Virus record (IMG/VR): IMGVR_UViG_3300027973_002292
Location: 32,001-96,000 of that record
Strand: one strand, 5' to 3'
From: a virus
Length of the DNA stretch: 64,000 bases
Of this stretch, positions 35,001 to 44,544 are shown in pieces. Positions within the stretch are counted from its first letter, which is position 1; every line of letters starts with the position of its first letter. Under the pieces are notes generated by a model. That model was not told the DNA's origin. It saw nothing but the letters and a program-made list of their open reading frames with translations, and did not search any database. The position numbers and the translations under genes are program-made.

Positions 35001-38000
35001 AGGGGTGCCAATTGATTCTAGTAGTATTAATTCTTTTGCAGATGGAGCTTTGAATAATACTTTAAAAATAAAAGAAGCTAACTCTTCTTTTGTATTGGAG
35101 AATGACTTTGTTTTAAACTTTACTAATAGTGGAAAGCTTACTAAAGAAGAAGGCTTAAAAGACGTAAAAGATTTCTCTTTATCCAGAAGACTTAAGATAA
35201 CAAAAATAAAATACAATTTTTATGTTAAGGATTTGATTTTAATTGGTGACGCTGGCTTCCCTTACTCTATTGAATTAAATACCGGATGGGAATATAAATT
35301 ACAATACAGATTAAAGAACGGCGAATGGAAAGAAATGGAAACAGTTTCTGAATTAGGAAATAAAAAAATTCAAGCTATCTCATCATTTTTAGATCCATAT
35401 TTTTATAAATTAGAAGACTTATCTACCCCAAATTATTTGTCGATGGTTGGGTTTGTTTCTAACATCAGCAGATTTTTGGACGATAACGATTACGAGTTTA
35501 GAATATTCAAATACCAGAAGCTCATATCTCCATCCGAATCTATCGACATTTATCGCAAAACAAATTTCTTGCCGATTCAAGTTAATTTAACATGGGATAG
35601 TCAATCTCAATACTACAACATATATCAAGTAGATTACGATGGCAATTCTAAATTAATAGGAACTGAAATAAATAGCAAAACTACAAGTTATGTTATTCCA
35701 AGCGTAAAGCAAGAAGCTTTCAATAAGGGATTAAAAAATTATCCAGTAAATGGAGTTGGTTATTATAATATTATCGCTTCTGGAGCCTTGCCTCTCACAA
35801 ACGAAGCGTTAGTTAACGTTTCGGATGTTTTTAATGGGTCTAAAATTGGAAACGAAGATGGCGGTCAGCTTCAAGTTAGTGTTATACAAAATGTAAATTC
35901 CAGCTCAGGATTCAATCCTGTATCTAATGTTACATATTCTCCATTAATAAATTTCAATAATCCAGAAGCTAAGATTGCAGATTTTAGCATCAACTCGAAT
36001 TACAATGGATATTATTTTGTATCAGATAGTAAGAATGCTACAATAACTAATGCTTTTAATAATCTAGAGTTTTACGTGGCAAATACTGGAGTTTCTCAAT
36101 GTGTTTTAACTGATACAAATTCTACTACAACAAATATTCCGTCTAATAATGTAGCTATCGTAGCTGATTATCCAACTAAATCAGTTTCGGCTTTATCTGC
36201 TTTACCGGTTAGTCAGGCCGATTTGCTATCTGGAGAAATTTTATATCTAACTGCTGGAGCTAGTATAAATGCAAGCGACTTCTCTGGTTCTAGCAGCGTG
36301 TCTTTCTCGGCTACTATAATTAATAACTCTAGTTCTTCTATATCAATACAGTATGGGGCGGCAAGCATTTCTATACCAGCCAATAAAACAAATAAACTAA
36401 ATTTTAATAACGGATGGAATGGCTCAACTTACTCTCCAACCATAACATTATCGATACCTTATGACAATGTTCAAACTCAAGCTTCTTACATATCTAGTAA
36501 TGATAGTCTTGTTAATTTGAATTACGAATTGCTTGAGTTGCAAGCGAAAAATTATTCAAATCTTCCAGTTTATAATCTTTCTAACGATAAGTTGTCTGTT
36601 AACGGAGACATAGATTTAGATGGCGATTCTTTTTACTTCGTTAATTGGAACGGCGGAGAGGCTTCTCCTACCGCTCCGACAGCCACAAAGAAAAAATACT
36701 TTGATTATATAAAAATATTTATCAAAGGGGCAGAGACCGAATCTGACAGTCTTTTCGTTTTAAAAGACGATACAGAAATTAATATTTCTAATTTTAGACC
36801 GACCTCCACCACAGCTCAAGATAAAATTTATTTTTTTATTAAAGACAACTCTGTAGAGAGAGCTTTAAATATTAAAATTATCAATGGCGCTGACGAGATC
36901 GTTTTGCCAAGAGGCTCGCAAGATTTTAAATTAACGATTAAGAAAACAAGTCTTGATGGTATTAATTATTCAATTCTTTATCCATCTAATGATTTCTCTA
37001 CTGTAATTACAGACACAAGAGAGCAGATGATCGTCATCAAAACTAATAATACTATTATAGATATTGGTTATATTGAATCAGCTTTGAAGTCTAATGCTTT
37101 TGTTTATTTTGTTAATAAATCTCTTAGCCAAGTTTCGTTTAAAAAGAATTTCGAAAATAAAGACGTTTTCACTTTAGGGGTTGGAAAAGTAGCAAAAGCT
37201 GTGTTACAAAAAGGCAGCGGAAGAGCTCTGATTTCAGAAATAATAAATCCATTAAATCATTTTAGTTTTGCTATAAACCCTGCTACTCATCTAGCTGATC
37301 TATCTGGTATAAATATATTAAATCTTAAATTTTGCGGAACAGAAATCTCTATTCCATCTGTTAGTTCTTTTGTTGGCGAAAACACCTTCTTGCTTTGCAA
37401 GAATAGATTTTTGCAAAATCGAATAGATCAAGTTTCTGTTGCTGGATATGATTTGATTAATGAAAATTTAATAAAAGATAACTCTAGAGTTCTTAGACTA
37501 TATAAGAATAATAACACAGATAAAGTTCCAACTATAGACAGGCTAGAAGTAGACAACACGAATCAAACAAAATTCTTTAAAGAATCGTCTTCTTCATCTA
37601 ACTTATACACTGATAACGACTTGGTAAAGCATGAATTTAATGTGTTTTATATTAAAGACGCAGATTTAGAAGATTTTACGATTTCAGATTTTTACTCAAG
37701 AGAAGATAAGAGATACAGTGGCAAAATATTAACTAGCACTCCTAGAAAATTAACAGTGCATTCTTTTGATGAGATATATCCAAAAAGAACGCTGCCTAAA
37801 AGCATGAGTTTCAATTTTGATTTTGATGCAGGGGACACTCCAGATGGATCGTTGTCGATTAAAGCGCTTCAAATGACTGAAAAGGCAGACTCTATTGTTA
37901 TCAACTCTATTTCAGAAGATAATGGATTAAAAAAACTATCAGAGCTAGAAGCTTCGCATTTGTGCGTAAATTTCGCTTATAGCTCAATATTGGTGCAAAC

Positions 38001-41000
38001 TGAGGCTGTGACTTTATATAAGAATAGAATTCTAGACGACAACCTAACTTTCTTTCCAATATATAATAATTCAGAGTTTTTTATAAGCCCATTTCAAGAA
38101 CAGGCAAGCGTCTATTATCAAAGTGGATCTTCGTATTTTTATGATGTTGTTTTTGCAACTAATGTTAGTCAAATAGTTTTACCTCAGCCGTTCCCCACTG
38201 CTACTAGACCATTTTCTGATTCTAATAAATATATATTTAATAATTTAAGCTCTAAGCCAATAGACATTAAATTAATATCTACAAATTCGATAATTACTAC
38301 TTTAAATCCAAATTCTAAAATTACGATTTCAATAAGCGCAGGGGCTTGGTTTGTTGCGGCTTACAGTAGTTCAACAGATGGCTCATTAGAAAATCCAAAT
38401 CAGCCGCTCCAAATAGTTTTTCAAAATCAAAATTTAGAAATAGATGCGTACCATCCTTTCAAAAACCTTTGGGGCGGTGATGGTTATTCTAAAGGATCGT
38501 CTGAAATAGTTTCCTTCATCTTGAGCGCATTTTTACCAGATGCTGATGGAGTAGAAAAAACTGCTGCTATATTAAATGATTCTAAATCTTATGCTATAGT
38601 AGACTCTTCTGACGACTTAAGTGTTAACGTTAATACAAATGGTGTAACAGCAGGAACCGAGACTATTTTTTGTTTTGGAAGAAGAGGTCCAAAGATAACA
38701 TTAACAGATTCAGATCTTTATGTTTTGAATGATTTTTATTTGTATTTTTCATGCAGCGCTGCTAACAAAGTAGAATTTATAACTTTAGGACAAATTTGGG
38801 GTCAAAAATTCATAAATTCAAAACCAACCAATCCAATTTATGTAGAAAGAAATAAATTAGATATTGGCTCGTTGTTCGAAGGTCGAGAATCAAGAATAGA
38901 TATATCAAATCTAAAAAATGTTACTATGTTTCCGTTTTATAAAGAAACATCGTCTTTTTATCTTCCAAACTTATCAACGAATATAACTGTAGGCGGTCAA
39001 GTAAGTAGCGTTGGGCTGCTGCTTAGTGGTAAAAAATTTGTATTTATAAATCTTGTAATAAATGACGCAGCGTATCCAAATCAAATATATAACTACTCTA
39101 CATCAACTAACACTAATTTAACATCATTAAATTCTGTAGCTGTGTTTTCTGTAGTTTTAACTGGCAACACTTACGGGTGGGTAAAGGAAACTAATGCAAA
39201 TAACATTCCGGTAGTCCAAGACTGTTATCCGCTTTTGAATAATATAAGTGGAGTTACAGACGAAAATTGCGCTAACATTACAGATGGAAATGAGTTTATA
39301 TATTTATCGAATATGAACGCTTTCGAGATAAATATAAATAGTTTTAAGAAAAAACAATTTCAAAATTTCTATCTTTATAACTCTTGTAGCTATCCAATTA
39401 GATTGATAAAAGATGGATCTGTCCGGGCTAGCTTATCTTCTTCTTTGGGTTATTTAAATAAAGTGTCTTTTGATGGAGCATCATTCAATATAACAAGTTT
39501 ACAATATAATGGAAGCACAGATTTTGTTGAAACTCAATTGCTTCAAATAAAAAATGAAGATCAAATTAAAGAAACAGCAACCTCAACATTTCCGAGTCCA
39601 TCTAAAGACGCTTATTTAAAAATAAACTACTACGTTTCAAATGCATCTAATAAGTATTTTTCATTATTCAAATCTAAATTAGAAGGAGATTCTTACGTTT
39701 GGGATGACATAGATACGTCTGATTTGAAGACAGTAACTGTTTACAACGCGATCTTAGATGTAAAAGATTTAGAAGATTATGATTCTGACTCTAAATTGTT
39801 TGTTTACGGCTCTTCGATAAGAAACGAAAGTAATTATGTTTTTGACGATTACGTTTTGAATGTTAAAAATGTCTCAGAAAGGACATCTTCGTTTTTTATT
39901 TTTAATAATACAATTAGACCTCTCCATATAATTTTAGAGGGAGCGTTTGTTGTTTTGCTTCCAACTAGAATGGTCGAAATATACAAAACAACGTCTGGTA
40001 TAATTTTTAAATACTGCGAGAGCCATCAAAAAGGTAAGTTTTATATTTCTTACAGAAATTCAAATAAAAATTACATTCAAGATAAAAATACAAAATTATT
40101 TATAGATGCAATTAGAGACGTAACTATAAGCTCTGGGGCTTCGTTTGCTGATGATCAACTGCCTGCTAAAGATAAAAATTGTTTGCTGAGTTTAGTTGCG
40201 ACGAATGCTGAAATTTGTTATATTGATAAATATTATATTGTAGGCGAGAGTTTTGGCGGCCAAACTTCTGAGCTGTCTTCTTATTTGTATACTGGTTCTG
40301 TTTATGATCTATTAAATATAGGATACTTTACAGATATAAACGCCAATAAAAAAATAGTAATGCTAAAACCATTTTACAAGATAACAGTGGCTGGGCATTA
40401 TATTTTTTCTAATAGTAATAATTCTATAGACTTAGCTGTAGCATCAGGGGAATCGTTCTTGGTAAATAATACCACTAAAAATATTTTTGTTAATAGATCC
40501 GGTGGAAGCCTTACATTATATAGAAATACAGTTCTTGTTGTAAACTCAAACGCGTACAGATACTTAAAGAAAGCTAAAAGTAGAGACGAGTTCTATTCGG
40601 TGTTTAATCCTAAAACAATTATATCTACTCAAAGAGAAATCAGCCAAGTATTAGATATCAAACAGCAACAAGAGATTTTACCTATTAATAATTTAGATTT
40701 TGTCGAGCAGCTGTCTTATCTGACATTATACTCAAAGGCCGGCCAAGAAGAAACTGTTTACTTAAACTTACAAGACTATTATTATGGTCAAGATATTCCA
40801 TCTGATTGCGCTACCAATATGATAGCTTATGAAATTGGAACAGGGCATGAGACTATCTATAAGTTTTTATTCTTTGACCCAGTTGACAATTACTATACGT
40901 TACCAGGGATCACAGAAGGAGTAGAGTATGTTGTAGATATTAATGAAGGTTTATTTTACAATTTAAGCTTGGGAGAAAATATAGCTAACGCTAACTTTGG

Positions 41001-41826
41001 TTCTGTTAAGTATATGAATAAAAAATACTTTAATGGGCAAACATTTATAGGAGGGAAGTCTTTTTGGTACGAAGTTGATTTCCCGAATTATGTTAGAGTC
41101 TATAAAGTAGTAAGAGAAATTCCTAATGGCTTCAAGGTGTCTTATGAGCCAATAAATGAATTAGGGGTAGCAAACTCTGAAATAATAGAAGGGGAAAATT
41201 TAGATCCATTAGGCAAGTTTAAAGAACTAATCTTTTCTACAATAAGTAATTCATTATCTACTAAACGAGATACTCCAGCAGCCTTATGCTGGATTCCTGA
41301 AAATCAAAACGCATTCTGGTTAGATAAAAATTTTAATAAAGACATTTGGCAGGTAATGTCTGTGGATCCAAATTCTATAATTAAAATAACTCAAACAGAA
41401 AACTCACAAACTAAAGAGCTTTGTTTCGTAAAATGCACTATGAAAAAGAACGGATTAAGATCTCCAGTTTCTAATTATCATTATGATTTTTATTCAGCAT
41501 TGCAATCAAAAACTCAAATGAGTGACACCGGAGAAGTTTCTATGGGATTTGATTATAATTTAACAGCAACTCAAAGAGGAAAATTAAGAGCAAAAATAGC
41601 GGCAGAATATGGAAAACAAGATTTTATTTATTCCGATGGCCCTTTTGAGTTCGGAACTGTTGGGAGAGAGGATTTGTTGCAAACATCTTCAATCACCCCA
41701 AGTCAAGTAAAACAATCTAATTTTGAAGTAACTATTGTTGTGGAAAAAATTAAATCTAAACCAGAAGTATCTATAGAAGATTTTTCTTTTGACCCCACGG
41801 TTCAGCTACTAAACGAAAACATATAA
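32098..41826 (+). CDS. Giant virion protein (about 3242 aa), putative tail fibre/appendage with degenerate beta-rich repeats
   Basis: ATG 32098 follows TAAT, the same junction as in other genes, and is preferred over 32038. Asn/Ser/Tyr-rich with recurring F-x-[FI]-x-N motifs. Confidence 0.65.
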   Translation: MSALTENKQFLSGVLAGETLDFDKDVFGLWVSVFENVNHSVNGYSYPKPIVQDFTALDYAVVNKKLSTFNYDGEYSDVKFFITSGKKGFEDFTEIVSDITDTFVTGYKPLVIMPDMDFVGKVYRKYEITGLVKSLYGNGQILTVSGEDWTATNISVQANGTDLEYGYYDQQYSGYSNEVTARYKFLYDNPNNSIEQNISTFEMPTQVENGADIRYRISRKSDPLGSYFSPITTADGKITIDYSIYKDEVSGFADSLVNYNFKQTAKFVFPQRVFQNLEQGQSVIRPINDSSITGVQLSRIVDKNDLDYFSFKLLTTGNYSEIYKVSFNLDRFSSIVKQDVQGYVLTGIQIEDGSPKTVIDIAINSGVYPRVIQSTKYNSDELLNLVNSDELIYNEEKAQENAANIDYGDEDKFALNLRQDVENRQKIINSLLTDDPLAGLEDSTDTTISRRTVDDLEIEDLNSENENIILQKFILPIFPLPKEAVDKDYFSNYINSGEEYVANPLVSYNLNTNYLFYGNQYGQLGYYIEETENGTTRTVINSTCNGVFIKETGVCIGDSATFANMPYVDEVYLLNGQATNIPSNGIISKQNFIDNDTWSSAINYYYNKNYLLSCAIFPTDSEEGRQTALKNALSTALGRVGVGMGEFAVAGKDEDALIYVEREIYVESYDSDQIGLFNNVINPIVGVTGDFELQTEGKEKLYAVQTFDTSFAASSKMSRYFFNAKDYQENVVFNSFYPCKDNAGNQILSYATGENYGTVYSKDISLDQSQIYRLEYVTGDAFTYQKLSSYSAWNGLNNASITITNQDEKNYGYHLYGYNSATDELTFTKANVKSADTASVGQTNAVVLKFNKKGFGQKTYVKQDNVNAFRAIDSTVVNSSFEMVDQAKVFFNLQKYDYEAKITTSDDNESIPWYTNKQNPINDDNYGQDDAFGLVIPRFFQDSSEEAKALAESLMFFPNGPSTSKNYEGVPIDSSSINSFADGALNNTLKIKEANSSFVLENDFVLNFTNSGKLTKEEGLKDVKDFSLSRRLKITKIKYNFYVKDLILIGDAGFPYSIELNTGWEYKLQYRLKNGEWKEMETVSELGNKKIQAISSFLDPYFYKLEDLSTPNYLSMVGFVSNISRFLDDNDYEFRIFKYQKLISPSESIDIYRKTNFLPIQVNLTWDSQSQYYNIYQVDYDGNSKLIGTEINSKTTSYVIPSVKQEAFNKGLKNYPVNGVGYYNIIASGALPLTNEALVNVSDVFNGSKIGNEDGGQLQVSVIQNVNSSSGFNPVSNVTYSPLINFNNPEAKIADFSINSNYNGYYFVSDSKNATITNAFNNLEFYVANTGVSQCVLTDTNSTTTNIPSNNVAIVADYPTKSVSALSALPVSQADLLSGEILYLTAGASINASDFSGSSSVSFSATIINNSSSSISIQYGAASISIPANKTNKLNFNNGWNGSTYSPTITLSIPYDNVQTQASYISSNDSLVNLNYELLELQAKNYSNLPVYNLSNDKLSVNGDIDLDGDSFYFVNWNGGEASPTAPTATKKKYFDYIKIFIKGAETESDSLFVLKDDTEINISNFRPTSTTAQDKIYFFIKDNSVERALNIKIINGADEIVLPRGSQDFKLTIKKTSLDGINYSILYPSNDFSTVITDTREQMIVIKTNNTIIDIGYIESALKSNAFVYFVNKSLSQVSFKKNFENKDVFTLGVGKVAKAVLQKGSGRALISEIINPLNHFSFAINPATHLADLSGINILNLKFCGTEISIPSVSSFVGENTFLLCKNRFLQNRIDQVSVAGYDLINENLIKDNSRVLRLYKNNNTDKVPTIDRLEVDNTNQTKFFKESSSSSNLYTDNDLVKHEFNVFYIKDADLEDFTISDFYSREDKRYSGKILTSTPRKLTVHSFDEIYPKRTLPKSMSFNFDFDAGDTPDGSLSIKALQMTEKADSIVINSISEDNGLKKLSELEASHLCVNFAYSSILVQTEAVTLYKNRILDDNLTFFPIYNNSEFFISPFQEQASVYYQSGSSYFYDVVFATNVSQIVLPQPFPTATRPFSDSNKYIFNNLSSKPIDIKLISTNSIITTLNPNSKITISISAGAWFVAAYSSSTDGSLENPNQPLQIVFQNQNLEIDAYHPFKNLWGGDGYSKGSSEIVSFILSAFLPDADGVEKTAAILNDSKSYAIVDSSDDLSVNVNTNGVTAGTETIFCFGRRGPKITLTDSDLYVLNDFYLYFSCSAANKVEFITLGQIWGQKFINSKPTNPIYVERNKLDIGSLFEGRESRIDISNLKNVTMFPFYKETSSFYLPNLSTNITVGGQVSSVGLLLSGKKFVFINLVINDAAYPNQIYNYSTSTNTNLTSLNSVAVFSVVLTGNTYGWVKETNANNIPVVQDCYPLLNNISGVTDENCANITDGNEFIYLSNMNAFEININSFKKKQFQNFYLYNSCSYPIRLIKDGSVRASLSSSLGYLNKVSFDGASFNITSLQYNGSTDFVETQLLQIKNEDQIKETATSTFPSPSKDAYLKINYYVSNASNKYFSLFKSKLEGDSYVWDDIDTSDLKTVTVYNAILDVKDLEDYDSDSKLFVYGSSIRNESNYVFDDYVLNVKNVSERTSSFFIFNNTIRPLHIILEGAFVVLLPTRMVEIYKTTSGIIFKYCESHQKGKFYISYRNSNKNYIQDKNTKLFIDAIRDVTISSGASFADDQLPAKDKNCLLSLVATNAEICYIDKYYIVGESFGGQTSELSSYLYTGSVYDLLNIGYFTDINANKKIVMLKPFYKITVAGHYIFSNSNNSIDLAVASGESFLVNNTTKNIFVNRSGGSLTLYRNTVLVVNSNAYRYLKKAKSRDEFYSVFNPKTIISTQREISQVLDIKQQQEILPINNLDFVEQLSYLTLYSKAGQEETVYLNLQDYYYGQDIPSDCATNMIAYEIGTGHETIYKFLFFDPVDNYYTLPGITEGVEYVVDINEGLFYNLSLGENIANANFGSVKYMNKKYFNGQTFIGGKSFWYEVDFPNYVRVYKVVREIPNGFKVSYEPINELGVANSEIIEGENLDPLGKFKELIFSTISNSLSTKRDTPAALCWIPENQNAFWLDKNFNKDIWQVMSVDPNSIIKITQTENSQTKELCFVKCTMKKNGLRSPVSNYHYDFYSALQSKTQMSDTGEVSMGFDYNLTATQRGKLRAKIAAEYGKQDFIYSDGPFEFGTVGREDLLQTSSITPSQVKQSNFEVTIVVEKIKSKPEVSIEDFSFDPTVQLLNENI

Positions 41827-41827
41827 T

Positions 41828-44542
41828 ATGAGCAGTAAATTATTTTTTGTTAATATCTTCGATGGAATAAATTCTTTAAGCGTGACCCCAATCGCCGAGA
41901 GGAATACTAATATAGACCTTGAAATAAAAACAGCTTATATTAAAGACATATACAACACAGACGAGTTCAATTCAACCAACATGTTGAATAATAGTGATAT
42001 TAAAAACTTTTACTATAATATCATTTTGGAGTCTTTAAATTTAAATAGTGAGGCTCAAACAAATCAAGCTTTTAAAAATAATTTACGGCAATTAAAATCA
42101 GATTTCAAAGACCTTTATATATTATCTAGATATAGAAATTCTAGTAAAAAAAGTTGCGTTTCTATATCAAGCACTGGGGTTATAAATACGAGTGATTTGA
42201 TAGGAAACTTTAAAATTTATAATGTAGGAAAAGAGTCTTTAGACACCATAACGTTTGGTGTAGATGGTTCAAATACGTTTTCAGACGACAGGGCTAATAG
42301 TGTTTACGCAGAAGTAAGAGAGTATGATGGTATTTTTATTTCTAAATCATTCATTCAGTTAACTGACGTAACAAGAGAGGCTTATCCTTGGGACTATGAT
42401 GGGTCTAGTTATTCTGATATTAGTGAAAAAATATTAACTAGTTTTTATAAATGTAAGGTTTATGTTTATATAGTCAAGAATTTTGACTTCTCTATAAATC
42501 AATATTATTACTCAACTTACATTTTAATTCTAAGGAACGTTTCTAATGAGAGTCAATACGCTCAAGATTTTACTTCTGCAATATCATCATTTGCGACAGC
42601 GTCTTCGCTTCAGTTAAACAAGATCTTTTATCCATTTTCAGTTATCGTAGATAGCGAGACAATAGAAAAGGGTCAGCTTGTCGATGGAAACCTGTCTAAT
42701 TTATCTTTTGATTTTCCAAGTATATGTTTAGGAACTAATGGAAAAATTAATACTGATACAAGCTCAGATACTTTAGCTTTAGATACAATGGCTTGCGATC
42801 TTGGCGGAAATATAATGATTCAGTATTCTGGAGGGCCAGTAATCAAGCTTAGAGACGACCAGTTGTGTTCTGGAAATATTAATGTTGCGTTCGTTAGAGT
42901 GGACAACATGAATTCAAATGAGGTTTTTTTATATAAGGATTTACCTAATTTAACAAACTTTTTGAATGTTTATGCTTTTAATTTTTCTTATGTTAAATAC
43001 ATAAAAGAAGACGGAACTACAGAAGTTCTAGTTGGCTCTGCGTCAATTAAGACGTCTACTAATAGATATGTAAATCAAACACTAAAGACTTCGAATTATT
43101 TTGCTTACAATTTCGACTCTTCTTATGGGAGTCAATCGTTTACTTTCTCTTATAAATTTGAAGCAGATAACGCTGCTAATATAACAAACTATTTAATAGA
43201 TTTTAGGCCATCAATTAGAGTTCCTGTTGTTAGATTAAATCTTTTAGATGATGATAAGGTCCAAGTGGTTTCTGATTACGCGACTTCTTTGATATACTAT
43301 TTTGAAGGGGAGAATCCCGCCACTCAATCAATAACAGATTCTGCTAATGGAGTAAATCAAATATCTACTATTTCTACAGTAGGAAAATATGGAACGCTGC
43401 GTGTTGAAGTTAGGAATTTTTTTTATGATTTAGATACTGAAGAGTCTGGTCTTTTTGCTGCATCATCTTCTATAGACGTAAAGAAAAATATTACTATAGA
43501 TAGCTTGCAATTTAGATTGTATAGAGGAATAGCTGCGTCAGTTTTTTATGACTCTAACGGTGAAGCATTAAATGAAATTTCTGGAAATAATTTTTCTCAA
43601 GGAGATTCTTTAAGTTATTATTACTATAGAGCCTCAACAACAACCACTGATTTTAGATTTAGGCTTAATTATACTTTTAGCGACACTTTATATATTAGAG
43701 TAGGATCTTACGATGCGGTAGAGTTGGTTTCTTCAGATTTTTATATATTAACTATAGATGAACTGTATGCTGCGTTAGACGAGAAAGGAAAAACGAATGT
43801 AACAATAGTTTTAAAAGACGGAACAGAGTTTATATTTCCATTCTATTTTAAAACGACTTATACAACAACACCAACTGTTTCGAGCGTAACAATAGGTTCG
43901 GTTGTATTTTCTGATGCTTCGTCAGCTTCAGTCACTTTTTCATATTCATACTCTCAAGCAGAGCAAATACTTTATGAAATAATAAATCAAAGTGGAAAGG
44001 TTATAGATTCTCTGTCTACTAAAACTGATTACTCTACAAGCGCAGAGAGCAAAACAATAACCGTTGATTATTTAACTGTATCTGAAGCATCGTCAATAAC
44101 TATAAGAGTCACGGCAAGTAGCTTATCGGCTTCTTCTGGCGTGGAAACTATTATGAAAGCTACGCTTACAAGCTCTTCGTACACTTTTCCATTAAGACTA
44201 AACAATGATGATCCTGCTGTTGTTAAGTTTTATAACGATCTAGCTCTTACGACTCTTGCGGAAAAATTAAAAAAAGGTCAAAAAATTTACGCTAAGTTAC
44301 AATTAAAAAATACAGGTGGATCTGTAATCAATCCTGCGGATTACTATAAATACATACAAGTTGATCCCAATTCTTTGACTTTTGAAATAGCTGGATTTTC
44401 AGATATAAATACTCTAGCAAATGGTGTAACATTCTCTAGGGTGAATAGTCACGTTTATTCTCTCATCGTTTCGGCAGATACAGATTTTTCAGAAAATGAA
44501 ATAACTGTAAATGTAAACTATATACCTCTATATCAAATTTAA
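41828..44542 (+). CDS. Hypothetical virion protein, 904 aa, with C-terminal beta-sandwich-like segments
   Basis: Long ORF with a TAATATG junction and a Ser/Thr-rich beta-strand pattern. Confidence 0.55.
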   Translation: MSSKLFFVNIFDGINSLSVTPIAERNTNIDLEIKTAYIKDIYNTDEFNSTNMLNNSDIKNFYYNIILESLNLNSEAQTNQAFKNNLRQLKSDFKDLYILSRYRNSSKKSCVSISSTGVINTSDLIGNFKIYNVGKESLDTITFGVDGSNTFSDDRANSVYAEVREYDGIFISKSFIQLTDVTREAYPWDYDGSSYSDISEKILTSFYKCKVYVYIVKNFDFSINQYYYSTYILILRNVSNESQYAQDFTSAISSFATASSLQLNKIFYPFSVIVDSETIEKGQLVDGNLSNLSFDFPSICLGTNGKINTDTSSDTLALDTMACDLGGNIMIQYSGGPVIKLRDDQLCSGNINVAFVRVDNMNSNEVFLYKDLPNLTNFLNVYAFNFSYVKYIKEDGTTEVLVGSASIKTSTNRYVNQTLKTSNYFAYNFDSSYGSQSFTFSYKFEADNAANITNYLIDFRPSIRVPVVRLNLLDDDKVQVVSDYATSLIYYFEGENPATQSITDSANGVNQISTISTVGKYGTLRVEVRNFFYDLDTEESGLFAASSSIDVKKNITIDSLQFRLYRGIAASVFYDSNGEALNEISGNNFSQGDSLSYYYYRASTTTTDFRFRLNYTFSDTLYIRVGSYDAVELVSSDFYILTIDELYAALDEKGKTNVTIVLKDGTEFIFPFYFKTTYTTTPTVSSVTIGSVVFSDASSASVTFSYSYSQAEQILYEIINQSGKVIDSLSTKTDYSTSAESKTITVDYLTVSEASSITIRVTASSLSASSGVETIMKATLTSSSYTFPLRLNNDDPAVVKFYNDLALTTLAEKLKKGQKIYAKLQLKNTGGSVINPADYYKYIQVDPNSLTFEIAGFSDINTLANGVTFSRVNSHVYSLIVSADTDFSENEITVNVNYIPLYQI

Positions 44543-44544
44543 TT

